A DNA stretch of 52,517 bases from a virus. Its lineage: Duplodnaviria > Caudoviricetes. The DNA lies in the IMG/VR virus record IMGVR_UViG_3300033067_000691, positions 1-52,517 of that record; one strand, written 5' to 3'. Positions 17,961-29,600 of this stretch are shown here, piece by piece. Numbering within the stretch: position 1 is the first letter of the stretch; each line of letters starts with the position of its first letter. Both the position numbers and the translations under genes were made by a program. The notes beneath the pieces were generated by a model. The model saw nothing but the letters and a program-made list of their open reading frames with translations. It had not been told where the DNA came from and did no database searches.

Positions 17961-20157
17961 AGCGAACCCCAGCAACGCGGATGCCGTAGTCGCTACGGAA
18001 CCGCCGGCCGACCCGGGCCCGGATCAGTGGCTGCAGATGGCGCGCGACGCCTACGAGCAGTCGAGCGACTGGTTCGACACCAGCCTGCGGCCAACGATCG
18101 AGAAGGCCATGGCGCACTTCAACAATCGTCACGCGCCCGGTTCGAAGTACTACAGCGACGCCTACAAGTACCGGCACAAGGGTTTCCGGCCGAAGACACG
18201 GGCATCGATCCGCCGCAATGAAGCCGCCGGCGCGGTGGCGTTCTTCAGCACGCAGGACATGGTATCGATCACGGCCGAGAACGAGGCCGAGCAGCAGCAA
18301 CTGATTACGGCACGGATCCTGACCGAGCTGCTGAACTACCGCCTGGATGATTCGATTCCGTGGTTCCAGATCCTGCTGGGCGCGCTGCAGGACGCTTTGA
18401 ACGTCGGCGTCTGTATCTCGCATCAGGACTGGCATTTCCACGAAATCACTGAGAAGGTTTCGGCGGGGCCCAACGTCTTCGACCAGGCCGGGAATCCGGC
18501 CATGAAGGAAGTCACCGACACGCTGGCCGACAAGCCGCGCGTCAGCCTGGTGGCGATCGAGAATTTCCGCATTTCGCCGGCGTCGGACTGGGCCAACCCG
18601 ATCGGGTCTTCGCCCTACGTGGTCGAGTCCATCCCGATGTTCATCGGCGACATCAAGGAGCAGATGGCGTCTGGTCGGTGGATGGAATACACGGACGGCG
18701 AGATTGCCGCAGCCGCACAGACGCAGTACGACACCATCCGCCAGGCACGCGACGGCACCAAGCGCACGGACGCCAAGGACGTGAATCACGCGACAACGGC
18801 TTTCGATACAGTGTGGGTGCATCGAAACATCATCCGGCACAACGGCGATGACGTGATTTTCTACACGCTCGGGACGCATCTGCGGCTGAGTGACCCTGTT
18901 CCGCTGCGTCAGGAGTACCGCAACCTGGCCCGTGGTGAGCGACCCTATGTCATGGGCTCGGTGCTGATCGAGGCGCACAAGGCCTTTGTCGCCGGACTCA
19001 ACGAATTGACGTTCGGCCTGCAGGAAGAGACCAACGAGATTCAGAATCAGCGCCGCGATAACGTCAGCCTGGTGATGAACAAGCGCTACTTTGCACGCCG
19101 CACGGCCAACATCGATTACCGCAGTCTGACGCGCAACGTGCCGGGCTCGATCACGTTGATGGACGACATCAACAGCGATCTGAAGTGGGACAGCCCGGGC
19201 GAGGTCACCGGATCAAGCTATCAGGAGCAGGATCGCGTCAGCCTGGACTATGACGAGCTGGCCGGCACGTTCTCGCCGGGATCGGTGCAGAGCAATCGTC
19301 AGTTGAACGAGACGGTCGGCGGCATGAAGATGCTGGCCGGCGACGCCAACGTGGTCACGGAATACCAGTTGCGCGTGTTTGCCGAGACATGGGTAGAGCC
19401 GGTCCTGAAGCAGTTGGTTCTGCTAGAGCAGGCCTACGAGACCGACCAGAAGGTACTGGCGATCGCCGGGCAGAAGGCCGAGCTTTTCGACCGGTTCGGT
19501 ATCAGCGCCGTCAATGACGAACTGCTGCAAGGCCTGGTCAAGGTGCGCGTCAATGTCGGATTCGGCGCCACCAACCCGCAGCAGCGCGTCGAAAAGATCG
19601 CCATGGGTCTCGACACCATCGGCAAGTTCCTGCCGCAACTGATGATCGACCTGGATGGCAAGGAAGTGGTAACCGAGGTATTCGGCGCGCTGGGCTTCAA
19701 GGGCGCTGAACGCTTCTTCCCGAAGCTTGGCAAGGCCGAGGATCCGCAAGTCTCGCAACTGAAGCAGATGGTGCAGCAGCTCCAGCAGGCATTGCAGGGC
19801 AAGCAGGCGGAAATCGACGGCCGGATCAAGGTGGCGCAGATCACGACGTCCGGCCGCATCCAGCAGGAGCAGATTCGTCAGTTCGGGCAATCGGAGCAAG
19901 CCCAACTGCGTGCCGAGGCCGAGTTTGCGCTGGCCAAGATGGAAGCCGAGCTTGGCGCCATCGACCGCCAGTTGGAAAGCCAGCGCAACCAGATCGACGT
20001 CGCCCGCCTGCACAACGAACGCGCCGCGCTGATCGGGCAAATGCACGCCAAGCGCCGGGAACTGGACAACGCCGAGCTTCAGCCGAATCCGACCGGGGCC
20101 ATGAGTACAACGCTGGCCAATGATCGTTACAACCGGGTTCCGGGGGCTGTCGGATGA
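17953..20157 (+). CDS. portal protein (P22/N4-like, Q-rich C-terminal barrel)
   Basis: 734 aa after terL; QEETNEIQNQRRDNV, NETVGGMKML, coiled-coil tail. Confidence 0.85.
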   Translation: MVEANPSNADAVVATEPPADPGPDQWLQMARDAYEQSSDWFDTSLRPTIEKAMAHFNNRHAPGSKYYSDAYKYRHKGFRPKTRASIRRNEAAGAVAFFSTQDMVSITAENEAEQQQLITARILTELLNYRLDDSIPWFQILLGALQDALNVGVCISHQDWHFHEITEKVSAGPNVFDQAGNPAMKEVTDTLADKPRVSLVAIENFRISPASDWANPIGSSPYVVESIPMFIGDIKEQMASGRWMEYTDGEIAAAAQTQYDTIRQARDGTKRTDAKDVNHATTAFDTVWVHRNIIRHNGDDVIFYTLGTHLRLSDPVPLRQEYRNLARGERPYVMGSVLIEAHKAFVAGLNELTFGLQEETNEIQNQRRDNVSLVMNKRYFARRTANIDYRSLTRNVPGSITLMDDINSDLKWDSPGEVTGSSYQEQDRVSLDYDELAGTFSPGSVQSNRQLNETVGGMKMLAGDANVVTEYQLRVFAETWVEPVLKQLVLLEQAYETDQKVLAIAGQKAELFDRFGISAVNDELLQGLVKVRVNVGFGATNPQQRVEKIAMGLDTIGKFLPQLMIDLDGKEVVTEVFGALGFKGAERFFPKLGKAEDPQVSQLKQMVQQLQQALQGKQAEIDGRIKVAQITTSGRIQQEQIRQFGQSEQAQLRAEAEFALAKMEAELGAIDRQLESQRNQIDVARLHNERAALIGQMHAKRRELDNAELQPNPTGAMSTTLANDRYNRVPGAVG

Positions 20158-20456
20158 GCGGCGAACACGAAGAGCTTGATCAATTCGTCACGATCGCCCG
20201 GCTGGGGATCGATGCCGAAACGTTCATCCGGACGCCGCTGGGCCGCTTCCTCGAAGGCAAGGCCCGCGCCGAAGAAGCCGATGCACTGATTGCGCTGGTC
20301 GATGCCGACCCGGAGGACGCGAAGGCAAACCGGGAGCTGCGCAACCAGATTCACGTCGCGCGCATGTTCCTGTCGTGGATCAATGACGCGATCGAGGCAG
20401 GGCAGCAGGCCCATCGGCAATTGCAGGAAATGGAAGGCCTGGCCAGAGGCCAGTAG
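20154..20456 (+). CDS. hypothetical head-module protein
   Basis: ATGA coupling to portal. Confidence 0.7.
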   Translation: MSGEHEELDQFVTIARLGIDAETFIRTPLGRFLEGKARAEEADALIALVDADPEDAKANRELRNQIHVARMFLSWINDAIEAGQQAHRQLQEMEGLARGQ

Positions 20457-20480
20457 CAGCCGAACACGGTTTCACCAACC

Positions 20481-20506
20481 AAGCCCGCCGCGTGCGGGCT
20501 TTTTTA
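20481..20506 (+). terminator. rho-independent terminator
   Basis: AAGCCCGC-cgcgt-GCGGGCTT followed by a T run. Confidence 0.75.
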
Positions 20507-20545
20507 TTGCCCATCCATCACCGGACGGCAGAAGGAGCGAGCAGC

Positions 20546-21589
20546 ATGAACATGGCAACCGATGCAGTAGCCCAGGATGATCTGACCGGAACCGGCGTCG
20601 AAATGCTCGACAAGGATAAGGGGCTGGTCAATCTCGACAAGGATAACGGGGGCGCCGCAGACGATGCCCTCACCGGCGATGACGTCGGGGCAGTGGATGA
20701 CGCCCGCGCGGCGATCTATGCCAAGCATCAGGAGCGGCGCAAGGAAGAGCTGGGCGTACAGAATGCGTCGCCGGACGATGAAATCACCGTCAAGGTGAAT
20801 GGCAAAGAGCGGCAGGTTCCGCGATCGAAGATCGACGCGGCCGGCGGCATCGAGGCCTATCAGAAGAATGCAGCCGCTTCCGAGATCCTGAATCAGGCCA
20901 GCGCAGAGGCGCGGCGCGTCAAGGAGGAAGCGGAACAACTGGAGCGCCGTCGCAGGGAACTGGACGAGCGCGAACAACGACTTTCGCAGGCCGCCGCGGC
21001 AGCAACCGAGCGACCTGCAACCACCGAGCTACCGGCCGCCGCCGATGCTCAGAAAGCCCTGGTACGCCAGTACCACGACGCAATGCTCGACGGCGATGTT
21101 GATAAGGCCGGCGAGCTTCTGATCCAGATCAACGCGGCGTCAGCGACTACCGCGGTCAATCCGGACGAAATTGCGAGTCGTGCCGTGCAGCGCGCCAAGG
21201 AGGAATTGACTGCGGATCAGCGCAAGAAGAAGGCCGAGGAATTCGAGGCCGACCGACTGGCTGCCGTTGCCGATTTCAAGGCGAACCACAAAGACCTGGC
21301 CAGCAACCCGGATGCGTTCGGATTGGTCGATTCGAAGACTGTCGAAGTCCACCGCGAGCACCCCGACTGGAGTGCCAAGGCGATCATCGATGAGGCCGCG
21401 AATCGCGTCAGGAGCTTGATCAAGAGCGTTGCCACGCCGAGCACTACCGACGAAAAGTTGGAGGCAAAGCGCAATCGCACGCAAGTGAATGGCGGCTCTG
21501 CCCGGGTAGTCAATCGCCCGGCGCCGAAACCGCAATCCAATTCCGATTACGTCGCAGCACTTCGCAAGCAGCGCGGGCTCGACGTCTAA
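20546..21589 (+). CDS. scaffolding protein
   Basis: Acidic coiled coil with TVKVNGKERQV; precedes capsid. Confidence 0.75.
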   Translation: MNMATDAVAQDDLTGTGVEMLDKDKGLVNLDKDNGGAADDALTGDDVGAVDDARAAIYAKHQERRKEELGVQNASPDDEITVKVNGKERQVPRSKIDAAGGIEAYQKNAAASEILNQASAEARRVKEEAEQLERRRRELDEREQRLSQAAAAATERPATTELPAAADAQKALVRQYHDAMLDGDVDKAGELLIQINAASATTAVNPDEIASRAVQRAKEELTADQRKKKAEEFEADRLAAVADFKANHKDLASNPDAFGLVDSKTVEVHREHPDWSAKAIIDEAANRVRSLIKSVATPSTTDEKLEAKRNRTQVNGGSARVVNRPAPKPQSNSDYVAALRKQRGLDV

Positions 21590-21607
21590 CCGTCAAGGAG
21601 CAAGACC

Positions 21608-22549
21608 ATGCAAGTATGGGAAACCAATACCGCTGGCGGGTACATGTACTCCGACCAGCTTTCGAACGTCCTGCGCAACGCCCTGCAGCCGATGAGTCGC
21701 TTCCAGCAGCATTGCGATGCCGACGACTTCACCGACAAGGGCTACAACAAGGGAGATACCTTCCACTGGAACATCTACAGCGATGTGACCACCCAGGGCG
21801 GCCGTCTGGATGAAACTCAGCAGATGCCGGAAACCAGCTTCAGCATCACGCAGGGCTCGGGCACCATCTACGAGTTCGGCAACAGCGTGCCGTACTCCGG
21901 CAAGCTGGATGACTTCTCGGCCCATCCGGTGAAGCAGATCATCCACAAGGCCCTGAAGAATGACGCCAGCAAGGCGTTCGAAGCCGAGGCCCGCGCCCAG
22001 TTCGCTGCCACCAAGCTGACCGTCACGCCGGCCAGCGGCAACAGCGCGACCGCGATCACGCTGGAAACCACGGGTACGGTGACCGCGACCAACAACTTGG
22101 CGATGAACAACACCCACGTCAAGTTGATCAGCGACCAGATGAAGGAGCGGAACATTCCGGTGTACGCGGATGGAAATTACCGCTGCATCGGCCGTCCGAG
22201 CACCTTCCGGGGCTTCAAGAACGATCTGGAGGCGGTGCACAGCTACGTCAGCGAAGGCTTCCGCATGGTGCTGAACGGCGAGGTCGGGCGCTCCTACGAG
22301 GGCATCCGCTTCTTCGAACAGACCGTCGTCGCGTCGCAGGCCTGGAGCAATGCCAAGTCGGACGAGGCGTTCTTCTTTGGCGAGGACACCGTGATCGAGG
22401 CCATCGTTTGCCCGCCCGAGATCCGCGGCAAGATCCCGCAGGACTACGGGCGCGACAAGGGCGTGGCCTGGTACGCACTGGAGGGCTTTGCTCTGGTGCA
22501 TACCGTCGCCGCACAGGGCCGCATCATCAAGTGGGGCAGCGCGGCCTAA
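21608..22549 (+). CDS. major capsid protein
   Basis: 313 aa, AAGGAG RBS, GEVGRSYEGIRFFE, DYGRDKGVAWY; highly biased codons. Confidence 0.85.
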   Translation: MQVWETNTAGGYMYSDQLSNVLRNALQPMSRFQQHCDADDFTDKGYNKGDTFHWNIYSDVTTQGGRLDETQQMPETSFSITQGSGTIYEFGNSVPYSGKLDDFSAHPVKQIIHKALKNDASKAFEAEARAQFAATKLTVTPASGNSATAITLETTGTVTATNNLAMNNTHVKLISDQMKERNIPVYADGNYRCIGRPSTFRGFKNDLEAVHSYVSEGFRMVLNGEVGRSYEGIRFFEQTVVASQAWSNAKSDEAFFFGEDTVIEAIVCPPEIRGKIPQDYGRDKGVAWYALEGFALVHTVAAQGRIIKWGSAA

Positions 22550-22621
22550 TCCGGCTGATCGGCACAGCATTCCCGGGCCGGTCTGACCGGCTCCGGCCAA
22601 CCTCTTCGAAGGAGAAGCATC

Positions 22622-23002
22622 ATGAGCTACAGCAATCCCCTGACTCGCACGACCGTTCTCAAGGCCGTGGATTTCTCGTCGGCCGACTCGACGCATCCCA
22701 TCAAGGCTCCGCCTGGCTGCACTCGCGGCCGGCTGCGTGACATCCAAGTTGGCGTGACCACGACTTGCGCCGGCGCCACCACGAAGCCGAAGGTGCAGCT
22801 CGGCATCACCGGCAGTCTGACGAAGTACGCGAACCACGACTGCGGAACCACGGCAGCGGGCGCGGTCTCCCAGTTGGCTCCAGCCAGCTATACCGAAGAC
22901 TCGATCACCGACACCGACCTGCTGATCACCTGTAAGGCGGCGACGGGCGCCGGCGCGGCTGGCGTCGGCAACGTAATGGTCGTCATCGACTGGTTCGCGT
23001 AA
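22622..23002 (+). CDS. capsid decoration/cement protein candidate
   Basis: Small beta-rich T/A/G protein directly after the capsid gene. Confidence 0.6.
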   Translation: MSYSNPLTRTTVLKAVDFSSADSTHPIKAPPGCTRGRLRDIQVGVTTTCAGATTKPKVQLGITGSLTKYANHDCGTTAAGAVSQLAPASYTEDSITDTDLLITCKAATGAGAAGVGNVMVVIDWFA

Positions 23003-23072
23003 GCGAGCGAAACGCAGCGACCGCCCGGGCCCTACCGAGTTCGGGCGGAACCCCTCATCAAGGAGATCCACC

Positions 23073-23243
23073 ATGGAAAAGGAAAGCAGCCAGAAGGCAG
23101 CCGCCGAAGACCTCGGCCTGTCGGATCAGCAGAAGTTCGATGTCAAAAAGTCGCCGCGTCCCGAGACCGACGAGCAGACCCAGCGTCCGATGCTCAACAA
23201 GGAATCGATCAAGTCCGACCGCGGCACGTTCCCGACCAAGTAA
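23073..23243 (+). CDS. small hypothetical protein
   Basis: AAGGAG RBS; 56 aa. Confidence 0.55.
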   Translation: MEKESSQKAAAEDLGLSDQQKFDVKKSPRPETDEQTQRPMLNKESIKSDRGTFPTK

Positions 23244-23266
23244 TCCGGTCGGCCTGCAATGCCAAC

Positions 23267-23297
23267 AGGGGGCGGCTTCGGTCGCCCCCTTCGTTTT
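23267..23297 (+). terminator. UUCG-loop terminator hairpin
   Basis: AGGGGGCGGC-TTCG-GTCGCCCCCT-tcgtttt. Confidence 0.7.
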
Positions 23298-23309
23298 ACG
23301 GAGGCGCGC

Positions 23310-23495
23310 ATGAACTACACAGACTGCTGTGTGATCGCGGTGGATGGCGAGAAGCCACAGCCGACGAAATACACGGAAGGCCGTGACTGGTCGCTGGAGG
23401 GCAATCGCCCCGTAGTGAATCAACCGGCCGACATGAAGCAAGCCACCACGAACAAGCCCGCCGAGACCGGCCTGATTGTTCGCCAACCGCTGTAA
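23310..23495 (+). CDS. small hypothetical protein
   Basis: GGAGG RBS. Confidence 0.55.
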   Translation: MNYTDCCVIAVDGEKPQPTKYTEGRDWSLEGNRPVVNQPADMKQATTNKPAETGLIVRQPL

Positions 23496-23516
23496 CCACC
23501 ACGGGGGAACACGAAC

Positions 23517-23885
23517 ATGAACATCGACGAACTGAAGGCGCTGCACTGGCAGAAGCTGAAGAAGATGATGGAAGACGCCGGCCTGGAATACAAGAGCAAG
23601 GATCAGGCGATCGAGGAATTGGCAAAGCTGCCACCTGCTGCCACCGACACGAGCCCGCCCGCTGGAGCCAACGGCGGCGAGAACACGGGCGATGCCGGCG
23701 GCGATAAGCCGAAGGACGACACCAATGACTCGGCTACCGATGACTCCGCACCGCAGGAGCCGCGTTTCGACCGCAGCCGACCCTACGGCGAGATTTCCGG
23801 CGAGATCCCCGAGGCACCAGGCGCACGCTACCTGCAGGGCGGTCACTACTTCAACAACGCCGGCGACGCCGTAGGCAAGGCGTAA
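23517..23885 (+). CDS. hypothetical protein (Rho-N/HeH-like N-terminus)
   Basis: DELKALHWQKLKKMMEDAGL...KDQAIEEL. Confidence 0.6.
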   Translation: MNIDELKALHWQKLKKMMEDAGLEYKSKDQAIEELAKLPPAATDTSPPAGANGGENTGDAGGDKPKDDTNDSATDDSAPQEPRFDRSRPYGEISGEIPEAPGARYLQGGHYFNNAGDAVGKA

Positions 23886-23888
23886 GAC

Positions 23889-24578
23889 GTGGCCAAGTCG
23901 ACCTTCCTTCAGCTTTGCCAGAAAACCCGCAGCGAATGCGGCATCACGTCGTCTGGCCCGGCATCCGTCACCAGCCAGACCGGCGTGCTGGAGAAGGTCG
24001 TCAATTGGGTCGCGGATGCTGATGTCGAGATCCAGTCGCGCTGGTTCGACTGGAATTTCCTGCATGTCTCGATCTGGAGCCACAACACCATTGCCGGCGT
24101 CTCAACGGTGGCGGCACCCTCTGATCTGGGTGTGTGGGACCGCGAATCGTTCTATCTCGACTACAGCACGGCCAACCACAAGCAACTGAGCGTCGTCGAT
24201 TACAAGGTCTGGCGGCGGGATTACCGGCAGGGCGTGAAGACCAACCAGCGCCCGGACATCGCGATCATCCTGCCGGACCAGTCGCTGAAGCTGGAATCAC
24301 CGCCGGACGATGTTTATGCGCTGACGGCAGACTACTGGAAGCGCCCGGCCCGAATGACGGCGAACACCAACACGTCGCCGGTACCAGAAGAGTACGAGCG
24401 CATCATCGTTGCCCGGGCCAAGATCGCCTACGCGGAGAGCCAGGGGGCGCCGGAAGTACTGATGTCGGCGCAGATTGAATTCGATGATCTGCTGGACAAG
24501 CTGGAGGCCAAGTACCTGCCGAACCAAGAGGGCCGGCGCCAGGCGGATCCCGGAATGATGGTCGTCAGGCCCGAATGA
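23889..24578 (+). CDS. head-tail adaptor protein
   Basis: TFLQLCQKTRSECG...DWNFL...PVPEEYERIIV; position in the module. Confidence 0.7.
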   Translation: MAKSTFLQLCQKTRSECGITSSGPASVTSQTGVLEKVVNWVADADVEIQSRWFDWNFLHVSIWSHNTIAGVSTVAAPSDLGVWDRESFYLDYSTANHKQLSVVDYKVWRRDYRQGVKTNQRPDIAIILPDQSLKLESPPDDVYALTADYWKRPARMTANTNTSPVPEEYERIIVARAKIAYAESQGAPEVLMSAQIEFDDLLDKLEAKYLPNQEGRRQADPGMMVVRPE

Positions 24579-26683
24579 GAGCCGTTCCATCCAAGCGCCC
24601 TAAGGCGCGCACGGCGGAGCAGGTTCATACCGCCTACATCCCGCTGATGGGGGGCGAGGATCTGGTATCCCCGGCACTCAGCATCAACCCGGGCGCACTG
24701 ATGTTCTCGGAGAACTACGAGCCGGGCATCGTCTATGGGTATCGGCGCGTCGATGGGTTCGAGCGCACTGATGGCAGGCCAAGGCCATCTGATGCCTCGT
24801 ACTGGGTGCTCAACTTCGACGCCGGAAGCGCCGACTTCGCGGTGGCCGACATCATCACCGGGGGCACGTCAGGCGCCACCGGCGAGGTTCTGGTGGTCAC
24901 CGTGACCTCGGGCACATGGGGCGGAGGAAACGCAGCCGGCAAGCTGATCCTGTTCAACGTCAGCGGCACGTTTCAGGACAACGAAGCCATCACGGCAGCC
25001 GGCGGCGCGGCAGTGTCCAATGGAGCCGCCAGCGAGCGCGGCGCGACCAACGACACCGACGACAGCACCTGGTTGCAGGCGGCGATCGAGGCAACGCGAA
25101 CAGATATTCAGGCCGTGCCGGGATCTGGCCGCCTGCTGGGCGTCTGGCTCTACAACGGCGTCAAGTACGCCTTCCGCAATAACGCCGGCGGTACGGCGGG
25201 CGTCATGTTCAAGTCCTCGACATCGGGCTGGACGACGGTCGATCTGGGCAGGAAACTGAATTTCACGTCTGGCGGCGTGACGGAGATCATCGAGGGAAAC
25301 GTCATCACCGGGGCCATTTCAGGCGCCACGGCGACTGTGAAGCGAATTGTCGTGACCTCGGGCGACTGGGCATCGGGCACCGCGGCTGGATATTTCGTCT
25401 TCACCAGCCAGACAGGAACGTTCCAGGCCGAGAATCTGAACGTCGGTGCAAGCCTGAACCTGGCCACGATAGCCGGCAACAGCGCAGCCCAGACTTTGCT
25501 GCCCAGTGGGCGGTACGAATTCCTCAACAAGAACTTCTACGGATCCACGGCGACGCGGCGCATGTATGGCTGCGACGGGGTCAACAAGGGCTTCGAGTTC
25601 GACGGCACAACGTATTGCCCGATCACCACGGGAATGACCGACGACACACCGATTCACATCTTCGAACACAAGAAGCACCTGTTCTTGGCATTCCGAAAGG
25701 GCTCTGTGCAGCACTCGGCGCCTGGCGAGCCGCTGGTATGGTCGGCCGTGATCGGTGCATCGGAGATCGCCACCGGAGACGAAATCACGGGCTTCGCGCT
25801 GGTTCCGGGCGGGGTTCTGGCGGTGCTCAACCGCAACCAGACCTACCTGCTCTACGGATCGAGCATCGCGGATTGGGACTTCCGGCAGCATGCCGAGGAT
25901 TCCGGCGCCATCGAGTGGTCTGTGCAGCCCATCGGAGCGCCACGCTACATCGACGACCGGGGCATGACCAGCCTGGATGCGGTGCAGGCCTTCGGCGACT
26001 TCTCCGCCTCGACGTTCAGCCAGAAGATTCAGACGCTGCTGGATGCCAAGCTGCGGGATTCATCGGTAACCGCTTCGATTCGCGTCCGTACCAAGGACCA
26101 GTACCGGGTGTTTTTCGCCGATGGCACCGGCGTGATCGCCAAGTTCCGGCCGAAGTCCATCGAATTCACGCGCATCAACTTCGGCGTCGTAGTGCGCTGC
26201 GCGTGCTCGGTCGAAGACACCACGGGCCGCGAGGTGCTGCTGTTCGGGTCGGATGATGGCTATGTCTATGAAATGGATGCCGGCACGTCGTTTGATGGCG
26301 CCGAAGTCGTCGGCTACCTCCGGCTGCCATTCGGGCATCTGAAGTCGCCGCAGCAGAACAAACACTTCTACAAGGCCGTGCTCGACATCGATGCGCCTGG
26401 CGGCACCGATCTGGACTTCACGCACGAACTCAACTACGGCAACCCTGATACACCGCTGGGCGCGACGCAGAGTCTGAACGTGCAGAGCGGGGGCGGGCAG
26501 TGGGGCAGTGCGGTCTGGGCTGAATTCGTCTGGGGAGCCCAGGTCGTCGGCACCGCAGAAGGCTACATCGATGGCGATGGCGTGAATCTCGGCATGCTGA
26601 TCCGGTCGGCATCGACCTATGACCGGCCGCACACCATCAACGGCGTCAATCTTCACTATTCCAAGAGGGACAGGGCACGATGA
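24575..26683 (+). CDS. tail nozzle / DNA stabilization protein (P22 gp10-like)
   Basis: 702 aa beta-rich; LFGSDDGYVYEMDAGTSFDG, WGSAVWAEFVW. Confidence 0.7.
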   Translation: MRAVPSKRPKARTAEQVHTAYIPLMGGEDLVSPALSINPGALMFSENYEPGIVYGYRRVDGFERTDGRPRPSDASYWVLNFDAGSADFAVADIITGGTSGATGEVLVVTVTSGTWGGGNAAGKLILFNVSGTFQDNEAITAAGGAAVSNGAASERGATNDTDDSTWLQAAIEATRTDIQAVPGSGRLLGVWLYNGVKYAFRNNAGGTAGVMFKSSTSGWTTVDLGRKLNFTSGGVTEIIEGNVITGAISGATATVKRIVVTSGDWASGTAAGYFVFTSQTGTFQAENLNVGASLNLATIAGNSAAQTLLPSGRYEFLNKNFYGSTATRRMYGCDGVNKGFEFDGTTYCPITTGMTDDTPIHIFEHKKHLFLAFRKGSVQHSAPGEPLVWSAVIGASEIATGDEITGFALVPGGVLAVLNRNQTYLLYGSSIADWDFRQHAEDSGAIEWSVQPIGAPRYIDDRGMTSLDAVQAFGDFSASTFSQKIQTLLDAKLRDSSVTASIRVRTKDQYRVFFADGTGVIAKFRPKSIEFTRINFGVVVRCACSVEDTTGREVLLFGSDDGYVYEMDAGTSFDGAEVVGYLRLPFGHLKSPQQNKHFYKAVLDIDAPGGTDLDFTHELNYGNPDTPLGATQSLNVQSGGGQWGSAVWAEFVWGAQVVGTAEGYIDGDGVNLGMLIRSASTYDRPHTINGVNLHYSKRDRAR

Positions 26684-29600
26684 GCGACTTTTTCGACGCG
26701 AGCGGGAATCGCATCAGCGACGGCCTCACGGCGCGAGCGGCCGACGTCAATACCTTGCGTGACGAGGTAGGCGCTGGCTTCGACCTGTTGCCAGATGTGG
26801 CGAATTTGAACGCCGGGACGGTGAGTTACGCGGTCGATACCGGTACCGCAAACTCTTATCTGGTGAGCCTTCCTCAAACCCCGGCAAGCTACACCGATGG
26901 CCTGCTGGTCACGATGCGCCCGATCAACAGCAATACGGGTGCATCAACCATCAACGTCAATGGTCTCGGCGTCAAGGAAATTCGGGGCATCGACAACCTG
27001 GCGGTTGGCGCTGGCGATATCGTTTCCGGGGTTCCGATCGATCTTCGCTACAGCACCGCCACCGGGTATTTCCACCTGGCGCCGAATTCGTCGGTCGATG
27101 CTACCGCGGCCGCGGCGAGTGCGGCCGCCGCTGCTGCGTCAGCTTCGGCTGCATCAACATCTGCAAGCAATGCCTCAGCATCGGCGTCGGCAGCTTCGTC
27201 ATCGGCGACCAGCGCCGCAACATCAGCCAGCGCCGCAGCAACTTCCGCCAGTTCCGCCTCCACGTCCGCTACGAACGCCGCGAGCAGCGCCACGAATGCA
27301 GCGTCATCGCTTTCCGATGCGCTGGCAATCTATGGCAGCATTTCCGCAGTCAATACCGCCGCGACGAATGCAGCGACGTCGGCCACCAATGCCAGCAACT
27401 CGGCAACGGCCGCCGCGACATCAGCCACCAACGCCGGGAATAGCGCAACCGCAGCGGCAGCGAGTTCGGCATCGGCATCCACCTACGCCACCACGGCCAC
27501 TACGCAGGCTGCGAATGCCGCAGCGAGTGCCGCAGGCGCAACGGCCCTGTACGGGTCGCTGGGCGCGGTGCAGGCCGCAGAAGCCAGCGCAACGGCATCA
27601 GCTACCAGCGCATCGGCCAGCGCCACCACAGCCACCAATCAGGCCGCTGCTGCCGCCGCCTCCGCGCTCTCTGCCGCGTCCGTTGTGTCGCAGGACTTGA
27701 GCGCGATCGACCGCACGGTATTCGCCGCGACCATCGTAGACGCCTTCCTCTACGACACCGAGAAGGACAGCGACGGCGGCGCGTGGCGCAAGCGGTGCGC
27801 GCATACCTCGTGGGAAAACGAAACGCTCTCGGGAAACTGGCTCGGCAGCGCCGCGAACGAAACCGCAGCGCGGGCCATCAGCGGCGCGACGACCGGCAGC
27901 TTCTACTACGACACCACGGCGCTCTGGTTCTACACGCTGAACGCTGGCAGCGGCAAGACGGCGACCTATCGCGGAAACGTGCGCCAGTTCCCGGCGAAGG
28001 TGCTGATTACGGTCGAGGCGGCCCGCGTGGTGCTGTGGGACTTGACGCAGGCTGGCGTGCCGATGTGGATGGTGTTCAGTTTCCCGACTTATTCGACTGG
28101 TGCCAACTTTACGAATACTCCCTATGGTTTATGTGGCAACACATCATACGGAGCACCCGGATTAACAGCTATTTCAATGCTCAATGGTCGTGGTTTCATT
28201 GCAGCGAACGATGGCGGTACTGACTGTGGATGGGATTTTGACCTGGTAACTGAGCAGTCTTTCTGGCACTGCATGTACCCTACAAATGGGACGCTGACGC
28301 TACGGCAAAAATTACTTGGAAATATATCTCAGCGCAATTCCACGACAACAGCGGCGACGGGGGACAAGTACGGTGCGACGTCTACTAACGGTATAAGAGG
28401 GGCGAGTAACGACGTAGCCATGACCGTCCTGCCCAATGCTCCGGTCGATGTCGCAACGGGCCTTCCGATCCCGACGATTGCGGTGGCGACGGCCGGGGGC
28501 GTGAGCGTCATCAAGGACGATGGCAACGTGTGGGACATTACTGCCGTGGAGGGGGGCGCGTACTCAGTCGCAACATGCGTGGAGTTCTCTCGGGATCGGT
28601 TAAGGTTTGTGATGGATTCAGCCGGAAACTATCGGAGCTTTCTGTACTCGACAATCCCAACGGCCGACAAGACTGTCGTCATAGATAGCTCGTCTGTCAC
28701 CGATAAGTATCTGGTGAATTCCACGGCCACAGCTTCGGTTCCAAAAATACTAGGTGGTAGCTCGCTGAAAACGGACCCTGCCAGCAGGGGGTCGGCTATC
28801 GGTAGTAGCTCGGGTGTAACGATTCACGCGGAAAATCCCGCCACGCCATCGAAAGGCATGATCGCCTACATCACCAAGGACTACAACAGCGGATGGATGC
28901 CCGGCGACATTCGCGGCGCATGGCTGGCCGATACCGTGGCCGAGACGGTGACGGGCGCGGAGTTGGTGACGAATGGGACGTTTGCGACGGATACGACGGG
29001 GTGGACAATCTCAGCGACCAAGAACCACGGAACCGTAACGTGGGATGCGCTTGGAATAAAACTGACCTCCGACGGTTCCGGTAGCGGTGAAATTGCTGGG
29101 AATCAGACGCTGACTACGGTGGTCGGAAAAACTTACGTGCTGTCTATCGAGCGGGCTACCGGCACCGTCGCTGCTGGAGGCGCGGTTGTCACGGTAGGTA
29201 CTACCGTTGACGGCAATCAATACGGCAGCATAGGTGGCACGGCCACTACTGGACGGTTTTCGCTTACGTTTGTGGCAACAGGAACCGCAGTCTATATCGG
29301 CGCGGTAGCGGCTTCTGCAACACCGGGACAGTACGGGATATTCGACAACATCAGTTGCCGCCTCGCTGACGTAGACCGCTCCGTCAAAGCCAAGGGTCTG
29401 CAAGCGTTCGGCTCACTGACCAAGGCCGCCGTCGCCTCCGGTGCCGCGCTGATGGGCTACAGCGGATTCAGCGCCGCGAACCACCTTGAGCAGCCGTACA
29501 ACTCCGATCTGGATTTCGGGACGGGCGACTTCTGCATCATGGGGTGGGCCAAGTTCGCGGCCACGGCGGCAAAAGAAGTCATTTTCTGCCGCGACTCGCC

